From Antedon mediterranea (lineage: Eukaryota; Animalia; Echinodermata): a stretch of 64,000 bases of DNA. The notes under the pieces were generated by a model that worked only from the letters and a program-made list of their open reading frames with translations, did no database searches and was not told where the DNA came from. Shown piece by piece: positions 41,881-53,677 of the stretch; within the stretch, counting starts at the first letter, position 1, and each line of letters starts with the position of its first letter. The stretch lies in NCBI RefSeq assembly GCF_964355755.1, contig NC_092674.1, positions 21,328,001 through 21,392,000 of the forward strand, written 5' to 3'. The translations under genes and the position numbers were made by a program.

Positions 41881-42300
41881 TATTTATTTATTTATTTATT
41901 TAACAACATATTTATACAGGATAATACACAATCAAGTAGAAATAAACTTTTTTTGCATTGTGGTCCTGTCGACAAAAACAGATACAAATTTAAATCTTAT
42001 ACAATTACAATAATAGCAACAAAAAATAAAAACTGGAAGTTAAATGTTATGAAAAGAAATGAGATCTGTATCTAGCTTTAAAGGACATAATCGTGGGTGA
42101 ATGTTTTATATCTGCTGGAAAGTCATTCCATATTTTTCGCCTGCAACTTTAAAAGACGAATCCATTTTGCTACGGGTATAATGAGGTATAACAATATTGT
42201 CTACTCCACGCGTTGAATGGGTGTGTACATTCCCAATTAGTTCAATTTCATTTGTCAATCTGGTTGGAGCAAGGCCGTGGATACATTTATACATTAGACT
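41881..42300 (-). mobile_element. 3' fragment of a CR1/L2-type LINE
   Basis: MYKCIHGLAP...HSTR...SSFKVAG C-terminal motif and (TAAA)n tail on the minus strand. Confidence 0.7.
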
Positions 42301-42633
42301 AGCTAGATAAAAATAATATATGTTATATCACCAAAATCGATTTATATCATCAAAATGGCATGACGCAAATTTATTTATATCTGTTTGCATTAAAATTTCA
42401 GAATATTATATTTTATAAAAATATGTAATTTTTATAATTTTTTATTATTATTTTGTTTCGGAAATCTCCTAAAAGCTACTGTAACAATGTCACAATTTCC
42501 CAAAATTGGATATTGTCTTCTACGACGTCACTATAATACCAATTGCTAATATCAAACAATGGCGGCTTTAATCTGACATTGGATATCAGCGCAGTTTTAA
42601 AGATAATCAATTCTGCTGTAGGGTGGTCTGTGA

Positions 42634-43416
42634 GGGAGGTTTCGCAACCTTACGAATACGATAACGGAAACGGTTACGTCACACATTTGTGAAACTTTGG
42701 AGCTGATCCCCATTTCATATTCGTAAAGCATTTTCGTGTACCAATATCATCAGTCATATATTCGTAAATACAAAACGAGTATAGTTTTTGATCTATTTTG
42801 CATATTTTGCATTTGAATCAGGAATTATTCATGATTATAATATTATTATAGATTTATTGAAAGTAATTTACTAAAGTAATTTACTAAAATGCCAGGTAAA
42901 TTTTGATAATTAGCAGTTTTTAAAGTCCTCCCTCGCTTTGGCATTACGATAGGCATAGGCAGCCAAGCAACATGTCACTGCGCTTCGCTCAATTTTACCA
43001 CAGTCATATTTTGGAAGACGCCCTCAATATTCGTTGCCATGCAAAATATGACTGCGGTAAATTTGAGTGAAGCGCAGGTACGTGTTGCTTGGCTGCCTAG
43101 GCCTAGCGTAACATCAAAGCAAGTGAGGACTTTAAAAACTGCTATTTATCTTGACCTGGCATTTTAGTAAATTACTTTAGTAAATTACTTTCAATAAATC
43201 TATAATTATATTATAATCATAAATCATTCCCGATTCAAAGGCAAAATGTGCAAAATAGATTAAAAACTATACTCGTTTTGTATTACGAATATGACTTGTG
43301 ATATTCGTCAACACGAATACGCTTTACGAATATGAAATGGGGATCAGCTCAAAAGTTTCATAAATGTGTGACGTATCAGTTTTCGTTATCGTATTCGTAA
43401 GGTTGCGAAAACTCCC
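42634..43416. mobile_element. Fully palindromic foldback MITE (PIF/Harbinger-like), ~390-bp arms
   Basis: GGGAGGTTTCGCAACCTTACGAATACGATAACG ... CGTTATCGTATTCGTAAGGTTGCGAAAACTCCC; complementarity runs to a centre near 43025; flanks TGA/TAA. Confidence 0.85.
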
Positions 43417-43813
43417 TAATAGCAACAATAATACGCCAACAAGTGTATTTCATTTCATTTTTATTTCATCAATACAATATTACAAATAAACATAACAGAA
43501 CCCATGACGGCGACAGGATTAAACAAATAAAGCAAACTTAATTCCCGTCAAGGGTGGCATGTAAGTAATAGACATCAATTAAAATAATTAGAGTTATACA
43601 AATATTATCACAGAAATATTACAAAGCTATATACAATAAAAAGATAGATACATAATTAAAAGATATACAATAAAAAGATTGACAATAAACAGTTGTAGAG
43701 CACGTAATGACACGTACTGATGTTCTTATTTGTTATTCAGCAATTTAGACAATTTTTTTAAATTTGTGATTTTATTCGATCTATTTTTATATACACATCG
43801 ATATGCCCTGCGG

Positions 43814-45910
43814 TGTAACATTCGCGGATGTTTATATTTGTGTTAGCGCCATTGTGATAATGTCATTGGGTTGTGATCCCAAGACGCACACGCGAGAGTC
43901 AGTTGAGGTAGAGACAAGACGTAAGAGATAGACAGCTAACTTCATGATCAAATTGTATTCTATTTATGTAGTTGGTGTATGATTAATGAGACCTGGCTGT
44001 TTGATGAATGACTAGCCTGTGTATTTACTACTGTATAACGCTACCAGAGAGCATTGTAGGGGTTGTTCATGTTATCCGTTACAGTAACAGTTAAGTTACA
44101 GTATTCGATAAACGTTTAACACTACACGTTACTTTGGTCTTGGTATTCATTGAACTCAATTTCTAGCCCACGATAAATAATTGTTGGCAGCGGTGGAATC
44201 TAGCTGTGACGGACGCGGATAAACAACGAAGGGAAAAGGCTACGACTAAGCCAAGAGGTGGTGTTACGGTTTGAGAATGTAGTCCAGTCAATGCTCATCA
44301 GTAGTTATCTACTCTTGCAGACTGAAGATGCTTATGCTCAAGCAAAAAAATGAGCTTAAGACAAGATATGGTCATTCCACCGTGGTAGCCACTGCATTGT
44401 TAACAAAGTTGAATGAACGGCCGAAGATAAGTGTCAAAGATAACTTAGGATTGAGAATTAAGATATGCAGATTGTCTGACGGAAGTGGTGGCAGTCAAGA
44501 ACACCATAAAAGACTTGGCTTTATTAGATTGCCCCCAGGTCAGCTTTCCCTACAGTGTAGCAGTTCTGTGAGTTTATTAAAAATAAATCTAAAGAAGCCA
44601 AAATACCTATGTTTCATACACTGAACACAATCCAAGTTAATCAAGAGCATAGAAAGCATTCTAAAAAATCTGTGCAGCCACAGTGGCAGTATGTCATGAA
44701 TTGAGAAATTGTAATGGTTTTTCAAGACTGAAAATGAAGATAAGGTTAAAATTAATTAGATAATATAATAAGATTGATTAAACAATGGAGACTCCGTTTT
44801 GGCTGCTTACGAGAAGGGCATCGATCCAAAGAATGCAAAACTGGCTTCATTGTGAAAGTTGTATAGAGCAGGCATCCTTTGGCTCTGCATATGGAAAATA
44901 AGCCTAAAGCTATCCCATCGACCACCACAAGATCTAAAGAGGTTAATACAGCCAAAGCAGAAAAAAAGGAGTAATCTCGTCTAAGCCAACTCCTGCCAAA
45001 GCAGCAGAAGCGGTGAAACAACCTGGTCCTTCTTCTGCTTGAAGGAGTGTTTACGGCCATAATTCCAGTCATCGTGAAATCACAGAAGAACGATCGAGCA
45101 GTCTAAACCTATGCATTCCTAGACCCATGCTCTAGCATCGTTCTGCATTAAAAGGTTAAGAAATCAAACAGGTATTAGCGGCCGCAAGGCACAAATAGAA
45201 ATCGACACAATGTCTAATCCATACAAATTGTAATTTAGAATGTGGATGAGATATCGACCTACCTAATGTCTACACTAAGGCCACCTTACCTGTAACAAAG
45301 GAACCCATTCCTACGCAAAGTAATATTGATAAATGGGACCATCTAATGAACCGGGCTGCAGTGAGGATGATAGACGAAGATATTGAATTGCTGATTGGCA
45401 ATGAAGTGGCAGATGCCTACACCTCACAGATGAAAATGTCCCAGGATCGCCCTATGCAGTCAGGTCTTTGCAAGACGCTACAACTAAAGTAAGTAAAGTA
45501 AACAGTAAACCGAACATCAGCAGTTAACTCAATTAATGAAAGATTCAATCAAAATTGACCTTTCTGGAGATCGGATCATCAGAAAAAAGAAGCCTGTCTG
45601 TGGAGGACAAGACATAGTTAATAGAAGAGAATATAAAATTCGAAAATGGTCATTATGTAGTCCCTTTGCCGTTGAGAGATCACCAATCATATAACAGACA
45701 ATCAAAGTCAAGCTCATCGACGTTATGACTTACTACAGAAGCGATTAGCTAGAGATCCTGGACTAAAAAGAATGAATAACATGATGAGTAGGTTGATGTT
45801 AGAGCACCTACTACATGAATGGTACCTCACCACCCAGTCATAAGTGATAAGATAAAGAAGTAAGGAAAAGTCAGAGTTGTCTTTGACTGTGCTGCCAAAT
45901 ATGCGAAAAG
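43814..45910 (+). mobile_element. Degraded BEL/Pao LTR retrotransposon (5' LTR, PBS, gag, protease, start of RT)
   Basis: LTR-like TGTAACA start; PBS-like TGGCAGCGGTGGAAT (~44185, tRNA-Leu type); gag LKTRYGHSTVVATALLTKL; protease TYAFLDPCSS (~45108); RT KVRVVFDCAAKY (~45867). Confidence 0.8.
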
Positions 45911-45994
45911 GGATATGGTATGTGTGTGTACTTAAGACAAGAAGATCAGGTTGGAAATATAGCAGTTTCACTGTACATGGCGAGAATTTAGAGT

Positions 45995-48028
45995 TACTCC
46001 AAGGCCAATAGGGTCATATTTGACCTGTCACATGACTTAGTCATGTGATTTTACTAGGCAAATGTTTTAACAAAAAAATTACTGCAAGACCCATAGGCAC
46101 AGATTGAGGTCAACAGGAAGTCAATTGAGCCTAGAGTCTTTTGTTACAGTGTTTAATCTATGGTTTAATACACAATGGCTTCTTCAAGCAGGTAAGCATG
46201 CATGTTGTCTTTGGATCTTCTAAAGCCTACACTGTATAACACCTAAAATATTGTGTTATTATTTGTTTTAAAAACTAGATAAATATTATCGATAGACTTT
46301 ATAGATATTACTTTAATTTTTTATTTGGTAGGCGTTTTAAAAAATGGAGACATATATGTCCCAATGGCCCTCTCTGTTGTGGAACATGAGTCATGTGTCC
46401 CAATGGGTCACCATGCTTGTATTGTGTTATATTTACCCAAATTCATGTCAATAATTTACAGATTATGACTTCAAAAATACGAGACCTTATTATTCATTTT
46501 CAAAAAGTATCATTTTCTTGTAAAATCGTCAACATAATTATTTAGTCAAAGACGTTTTAAATGCAATTGATGGAAATGAAAGCGAGTATCTAGCAGTGAC
46601 AATAATGGTGATACAGAAAATGAAGATTTATCTTTTGTTATAACAACTCACTGGTAGGCCTAATGTAATATAATGATATACTTTTATAATTAAGAAATCA
46701 ACCATTGTATTAGAATTCAAATAAGTTCACAAACTTGGCCCAGAAAGTCCAGAGGAGAAATTGTCCAGATGTTTTAAAAGTCCATTTAGTTTATAATTGA
46801 ACCCCTAAAGAAAACACTTTGCTTAACTTTGTGACCTTTCCCATAGTAAACCAAGAGAGATTGAAACTATTTAAGTACAGATTTGACAGTGTTATCCATC
46901 ATTATTATACCGTTAATCACTTCTACTTAAACACCCCTGGATTAACTTAGGACCAATCATTAGCTCCATAAATGATGTAATTGACATGCAAATGAACTGA
47001 GCCATTATACCCCCAAGTTTCAGAAGAGCCCAGACACACCTCACAGCCACTTCCTCAGAAGAACATCTACACCTCACAGCCACTTCTCCAGAAGCAGACC
47101 TACACACATACCTCACTAACAGCCTCACCCAATCCTCTGTTCCTTAGTTATAGTTGTATATTGTACTGAATCATTATTGTATCATCAAGTATTATTGAAT
47201 AAATGTGTTACTACAGTCAAGCGAGTAAGAGTCCTCTTTACAAATCGGAAACCTCATAACACTATATTACACTAAGTCAAGATCAGCGGTGATGAAAGTA
47301 ACAAAGAGGAAGTAGTTAGCAAATTTTTCTGGGCCTAAAAAGAAGGGTGAAAAACAAAAAAAACCCCATACAAATGGCAAAAGAAACAATTTTAACCAGA
47401 AGACACCGCATTTGCAGGGCCAGCTTATCCAAATATTGTAAATGTTGATACGCCATACGCATATTGTATTTTAGAAGGTTTTTACTGCAGCTATGGTTTG
47501 ACATGATTGTTGAAAACACAAACATTTATAGCATGGGTAAAACCGGAATGTGTGTCAACACAAATAAAAAAGAAATTGAACAGTTAATTGGAATTTACTT
47601 CAGGATGGGCATCGCACAAATGCCGGGTGTAAGGGTATTTAAAAATGGAAATTTGTTTTAATGTGGAAGTAAACGCAAAGATCGGTCTAAATAATATTGG
47701 AAGAATGAAACCTGGTATGGTCCTGTAGCCAATGTTATGAGTCGTAATCGCTTTCAGATGCTCCTAACAACGCCATAACTGAAGAGGAGAAAAAAAACTG
47801 TGGAAAATAAACCCCTTCCTCGAAATGCTTCGTACTGAATGTACAAAAGCTGTCCCGGAAGAACATGCCTCTGTGGATGAAATGATGGCTTCTTTTCGTG
47901 GACAATTCAGCTCCATAAAGCAGTACATAAAAGGTAAACCAAACCTATGTGACTAAAGATATGGGCACGGTGTCAGGGTTTCTTTATACTGTGAGGTATA
48001 CCAAGTCACAAGATAGACAAATAATATG
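45995..48028 (+). mobile_element. piggyBac transposon remnant (5' end through first catalytic Asp), interrupted
   Basis: Subterminal repeats GTCCCAATGG; acidic N-terminus; EIEQLIGIYFRMG, YWKNET...VMSRNRFQ, SVDEMMASFRGQFSSIKQYIKGKP..WGLKIWARCG.SGF.Y..EVYQ (DDE_Tnp_1_7-type motifs). The left boundary is approximate. Confidence 0.8.
46890..47261 (+). mobile_element. Possible solo-LTR fragment inserted in the piggyBac relic
   Basis: TGTTAT...ATAACA ends, AATAAA at ~47199, internal ~33-bp direct repeats (ACACCTCACAGCCACTTC); no matching TSD found. Confidence 0.35.
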
Positions 48029-51000
48029 TAGGGCTACAAGCAGTATATTTGCATACGTACATAGGTAGACAAGGTGGAGAGGGAATTTTTATTGAAAATG
48101 GAACGGTTAACCAGAGAACTGTTTGTTTCTCAAGTTTTAAACAAGTGTTGGTTGCTAAGTACAGCGGCTTATTATGGCTGTGAATTTGATAGGTGCAGTC
48201 AAAAAGACCACGATTTCTGTTGTATAAAATCTAGATAAGATTTACTATTTGTATAGGGATGTTCTCGATAAAGAGTATGTTACAGACGATACCGTGTACA
48301 GCAGGCTGGTGTACAGTGAACTAAATATGCACGAGAAATACTTATTGCCTCAGTATAGACATTTTGTTTATTTTCTTGTAAATACCTTGGTTAATTTAGA
48401 GACTATTTTAAAGTTGCTGTGCGAGGATATCTAAAATGTGTTTCGCCCGTGCAATAAGTATAAGAAGCCCACCGATCATCTGAAGGAAGCGGCACCTCGA
48501 CAATCGAGGCAACCAAGCAAGCGCGCCTTCCGGTCAGATAACAGTTGGGGAAGTCATCGCCGAGACGAGTCCAGTCAAGGACGCACATGGGGTGGTCTTG
48601 GCTCTGGGGCTCAAGTGGGACGCCAAGTGGCGCCCACGGGAGCAACAGAAGCTAGCCACACGACCGCCGAAAGGAGTCAGACCAGAGGTCGGGGACATAG
48701 TCCATCACCACCGAAGCTGCAACGACTGCTGCGGACGAGCTACCCCTGCCCCATCAAAGCATGTACCGTGAAACAGGGCACATCAAAAGATCACCTGTTA
48801 GTACACGCCCCCAAATCTATAGGAAGCGCAAACATCAGGGATGACGCTAGGACCCACCGCCGTCGCTGGGAGTTTGTCAGAGGAGTGGTCTCCCGGTTAC
48901 CCAGGCAGGCCTCGACTTTGGAGGGAGCAGTGACGCTGTGCCGCCAGAAACTGCCATCGAATGGCTCCCACGACCTGTCCAACAAGTGGATGACAATCCT
49001 GCGGTCGACCGCTCGGGCTGTGAGATGCGAGGAGCCAGCAACGTGGGTAGACATCACCAAGCTGCAGTGTCCTCTGGCGCTGCTATACCCACCTTGTTTA
49101 TTGGTGCTCCTGGCCGAGGCTTGGGAGGCGAACCCGGGGAGGAATGGTCGATCTCTTGGATCGATTCACTCCTCACTGTCCAAGTATTAATAGGAGAAGG
49201 GAGGCCACCACCAGTGTTGGCAGAGGCCGGTCGGAGTGAAGCCCTTGGGACGCACCTCGAACCGACGCCCGAAGACAGACGTCTCCTCCAAGAGGCCTAC
49301 AAGGCAAACCAACGGCTGGCTGATTGTCTCCGACGCTAAGCCCACAAAAGGACAAGGGAAGCGGCGGGCTACAAGCAGTATATTTGCGTACGTAGATGAG
49401 GTGGAGAGGGAATTTTTGTTGAAAATGGAATTGTTAACCAGAGAACTGTTTGTTTCTCAGGTTTTAAACAAGTGTTGGTTGCTAAGTACAGCGGCTTGTT
49501 ATGTCTGTGAATTTGATAGGTGCAGTAAAAAAAACCACGATTTCTGTTGTATGAAATCTCTAGAAGAACAGATTTACTATTTGTATAGGGATGTTCTCGA
49601 TAAAGAGTATGTTACAGACGATACCGTGTACAGTGAACTAAATATGCACTAGAAATATTCATTGCCTCAGTATGGACATTTTGTTTATTTTCTTGTAAAT
49701 ACCTTGGTTAATTCAGAGACTATTTTTAAGTTGCTGTGCGAGGATATCTAAAATGTGTTTCGCCCGTGTCAAAATACCAACGATGGCTTCTACATCAGCG
49801 AATAAATTTGATCCGAGAAAGCCTTTAAACGGTCAAACTGACGATTGTAAAGGTTTTAACAAACCAATGATGCCGTCTACTTCAGCCTACAAAAAGACAT
49901 TTCACTCTGCCTCAGGAATGAGCACCAGGGATTATGCCGTATTGATTGGTGTTGTGCCAAAGATTACCATAACTTCAACGAATCGGGTTTTTCTGTCTAA
50001 AAAACGCCATGTGGTGGCCCAACAATGGGGTGATGATGTTTAAGTTTGCCTCAGAGAGTATTACCAAGGGGAAGAAAATGGTGCCTTCAAACCTGGACCT
50101 GTAGGTATTAATTTACCCGTTCTGCTGTGGAAAAAACTTTTTAACAATATCGATTTAATTCTCCAGTCACTGGACGACTTCAACATGGTGGAAGCAGCAA
50201 GAATCCCACTTTCGGACAAAATACATGTGGTAGTAAGTAGATGGAAAGAAGAACAGTTTGTGTGTATTCGCCGCTATTACCAGTCTGAAGAAGGAGGCAA
50301 GTTTAACCCCGGTAAAAAAGGTGTAAACCTTCCAAAGAGGCAGTGGTACAAGTTAATTGAAAACACGGTGAAGTTCAAAAGATGATTGAGGAGGTTGACT
50401 ATTCAGACAATGATAACGGTTACTGTTGATGGTGGTGTTCACAAAAACGATAATTGAGGACGTTGAACAATGATGCTGAAGTGGTTAGCGCCATTACAGA
50501 AGTGGTTAAAAACAGCTACGAAGCATCAGTTACCCTATTGGACGGATTACCCATGTTACTCGGTATGAAAGAATCATCGATTCCTCAATGATCTAGTACG
50601 CACGGTTCTAGGCCCGTTTACATTCATCAGCTCCATAAAGCAGTACATAAAAGGTAAACCAAACCTATGGGGACTAAAGATATGGGCACGATGTGGGGTG
50701 TCAGGGTTTCTTTATACTGTGAGGTATACCAAGTCACAAGATAGTACTGTAGGTAGGGTCATAAGCAATTTATTTGCATACATAGACAAGGTGGAGAGGG
50801 AATTGTTGTTGAAAATGGAATGGTTAACCGGAGAACTGTTTGTTTCTCATGTTTTAAACAAGTGTTGGTTGCTATTGTACAGCGGCTTGTTATGTCTGTG
50901 AATTTGATAGGTGCAGTCAAAAAGACCACGATTTCTGTTGTATGAAATCTCTAGAAGAACAGATTTACTATTTGTATAGGGATGTTCTCGATAAAGAGTA

Positions 51001-51143
51001 TGTTACAGACGATACCGTGTACAGTGAACTAAATATGTACGAGAAATATTCATTGCCTCAGTATAGGCATTTTGTTTATTTTCTTGTAAATACCTTGGTT
51101 AATTAAGAGACTATTTTTAAGTTGCTGTGTGAGGATATCTAAA

Positions 51144-51803
51144 ATGTGTTTCGCCCGTGCCAAAATACCAACGATGGCTTCTACATCATCGAATATATTT
51201 GATCCGAGAAAGCCTTTTAACGGTCAAACTGACGATTGTAAAGGTTTTAACAAACCAATGATGCCGTCTACTTCAGCCTACAAAAAGACATTTCACTCTG
51301 CCTCAGGAATGAGCACTAGGGATTATGCCGTATTTATTGGTGTTGTGCCAAAGATTACCATAACTTCAACAAATCGGGTTTTTCTGTCCGAAAAACGCCA
51401 TGTGATGGCCCAACAATGGAGTGATGATGTTTATGTTTGCCTCAGAGAGTATCACCAAAGGAAAGAAAATGGTGCCTTCAAATCTGGACCTCTAGGTATT
51501 AATTCACCCGTTCTGCTGTGGCAAAAACTTTCTAACAATATCGATTTAATTCTCCAGTCACTGGACGACTTCAACATGGTGAAAGCAGACAAAATACATG
51601 TGGTAGTATGTAGATGGAAAGAACAACAGTTTGTGTGTATTCGCCGCTATTACCAGTCTGAAGAAGGAGGCAAGTTTAAACCCGGTAAAAAAGGTGTAAA
51701 CCTTCCAAAGAGACAGTGGTACAAGTTAATTGAAAAACACGGTGAAGTTCAAAAGATGATAGAGGAGGTTGACTATTCAGACAATGATAACGGTTACTGT
51801 TGA
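51144..51803 (+). CDS. Protein with two tandem PC4/Sub1-like ssDNA-binding domains (only uninterrupted copy in the array)
   Basis: Domain 1 VFLSEKRHV..QQWSDDVYVCLREY....NGAFKSGPLGIN....LWQKL; domain 2 KIHVVVCRWKEQQFVCIRRYYQSEEGGKFKPGKKGVNLPKRQWYKLIE. Both resemble the PC4 pattern V.V..F.G...IDIREYY....G..KPG.KGISL...QW..L. Copies at 49753, 53778 and 56316 have stops or frameshifts. Confidence 0.6.
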   Translation: MCFARAKIPTMASTSSNIFDPRKPFNGQTDDCKGFNKPMMPSTSAYKKTFHSASGMSTRDYAVFIGVVPKITITSTNRVFLSEKRHVMAQQWSDDVYVCLREYHQRKENGAFKSGPLGINSPVLLWQKLSNNIDLILQSLDDFNMVKADKIHVVVCRWKEQQFVCIRRYYQSEEGGKFKPGKKGVNLPKRQWYKLIEKHGEVQKMIEEVDYSDNDNGYC

Positions 51804-52287
51804 TGGTGGTGTTCACAAAAAAGATAATGGAGGACGTTGAACAATGATGCTGAAGTGGTTAGCGTCATTACAGAAGTGGTTAAAAACAGCTACGAAGCAT
51901 CAGTTACCCTATTGGACGGATTACCCATGTTACTCGGTATGAACGAATCATCAATTCCTCAAGGATCTAGTATGCACGGTTCTAGGCCCGTTTACATTCA
52001 TCAGCTCCATAAAGCAGTACATAAAAGGTAAATCAAACCTATGGGGACTAAAGATATGGGCACGATGTGGGATGTCAGGGTTTCTTTATACTGTGAGGTA
52101 TACCAAGTCACAAGATATTGCGGGGTTGCCGCCACGCCAGCCACTCGACTGCACCGCTCGCCTCCTGGCTCAAGATCTGACCAGGGGCGTCGTGGCAGAT
52201 CGGGTGATCCAAACGATTGGACCAGACAGAATAACTTGCCGGTTGGAGGGCCCAGACCTCGGCACCCTGTCTGTCGGGAAAAGGATG

Positions 52288-53390
52288 GCCCAGGCAGAGG
52301 ATCCGATCTTTGGGGCAACGGACGTAAGGTATAAGAAGCCCACCGATCATCTGAAGGAAGCGGCACCTCGACAATCGAGGCAACCAAGCAAGCACGCCTT
52401 CCGGTCAGATAACAGTTGGGGAAGTCATCGCCGAGACGAGTCCAGTCAAGGACGCACATGGGGTGGTCTTGGCTCTGGGGCTCAAGTGGGACGCCAAGTG
52501 GCGCCCACGGGAGCAACAGAAGGTAGCCACACGACCGCCGAAAGGAGTCAGACCAGAGGTCGGGGACATAGTCCATCACCACCGAAGCTGCAACGACTGC
52601 TGCGGACGAGCTACCCCTGCCCCATCAAAGCATGTACCGTGAAACAGGGCACATCAAAAGATCACCTGTTAGTACACGCCCCCAAATCTATAGGAAGCGC
52701 AAACATCAGGGATGACGCTAGGACCCACCGCCGTCGCTGGGAGTTTGTCAGAGAAGTGGTCTCCCGGTTACCCAGGCAGGCCTCGACTTTGGAGGGAGCA
52801 GTGACGCTGTGCCGCCAGAAACTGCCATCGAATGGCTCCCACGACCTGTCCAACAAGTGGATGACAATCCTGCGGTCGACCGCTCGGGCTGTGAGATGCG
52901 AGGAGCCAGCAACGTGGGTAGACATCACCAAGCTGCAGTGTCCTCTGGCGCTGCTATACCCACCTTGTTTATTGGTGCTCCTGGCCGAGGCTTGGGAGGC
53001 AAACCCGGGGGGGGGGGGGGGGGGGGGAATGGTCGATCTCTTGGATCGATTCACTCCTCACTGTGGGGCGTCTCACAGAGCCAAACCGCCTCCAAGTATT
53101 AATAGGAGAAGGGAGGCATCCAGATCGAGGCCAGCCCAGCCCAGAGAAGAGACATCACCAGCAGTTCTCGAGAAGGCAGCCGTTTCCTCCAAACCACCAC
53201 CAGTGTCGGCAGAGGCTGGTCGGACTAAACCACCACCAGTGTTGGCAGAGGCCGGTCGGAGTGAAGCCCTTGGGACGCACCTCGAACCGACGCCCGAAGA
53301 CAGACGTCTCCTCCAAGAGGCCTACAAGGCAAACCAACGGCTGGCTGATCGTCTCCGACGCTCAGCCCACAAAAGGACAAGGGAAGCGGC
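52288..53390 (+). CDS. GC-rich ORF of unknown origin with a single C2H2-like finger (module G); deleted copy at 48458-49365
   Basis: Part of open frame 52072-53535; R/S/G-rich region then YPCPIKAC...KDHLLVH; GC content far above the surrounding DNA. Confidence 0.4.
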
Positions 53391-53677
53391 GGGCTACAAG
53401 CAGTATATTTGCGTACGTAGACGAGGTGGAGAGGGAATTTTTGTTGAAAATGGAATGGTTAACCAGAGAACTGTTTGTTTCTCAGGTTTTAAACAAGTGT
53501 TGGTTGCTAAGTACAGCGGCTTGTTATGTTTGTGAATTTGATAGGTGCAGTCAAAAAGACCACGATTTCTGTTGTATGAAATCTCTAGAAGAACAGATTT
53601 ACTATTTGTATAGGGATGTTCTCGATAAAGAGTATGTTACAGACGATACCGTGTACAGTGAACTAAATATGCACTAG
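53391..53677 (+). CDS. Module A Cys/His-motif ORF (representative of 7 copies)
   Basis: ACYVCEFDRCSQKDHDFCC (CxxC-x5-SQxxH-x2-C) repeated in ORFs at 49236, 53063, 54785, 55271 and 55878; native start not evident. Confidence 0.4.

Noticed and set aside
52072-53535. 487-aa ORF as one genuine gene
   Set aside because: It crosses P-G and G-A module junctions; both ends are out-of-frame readings of neighbouring modules.
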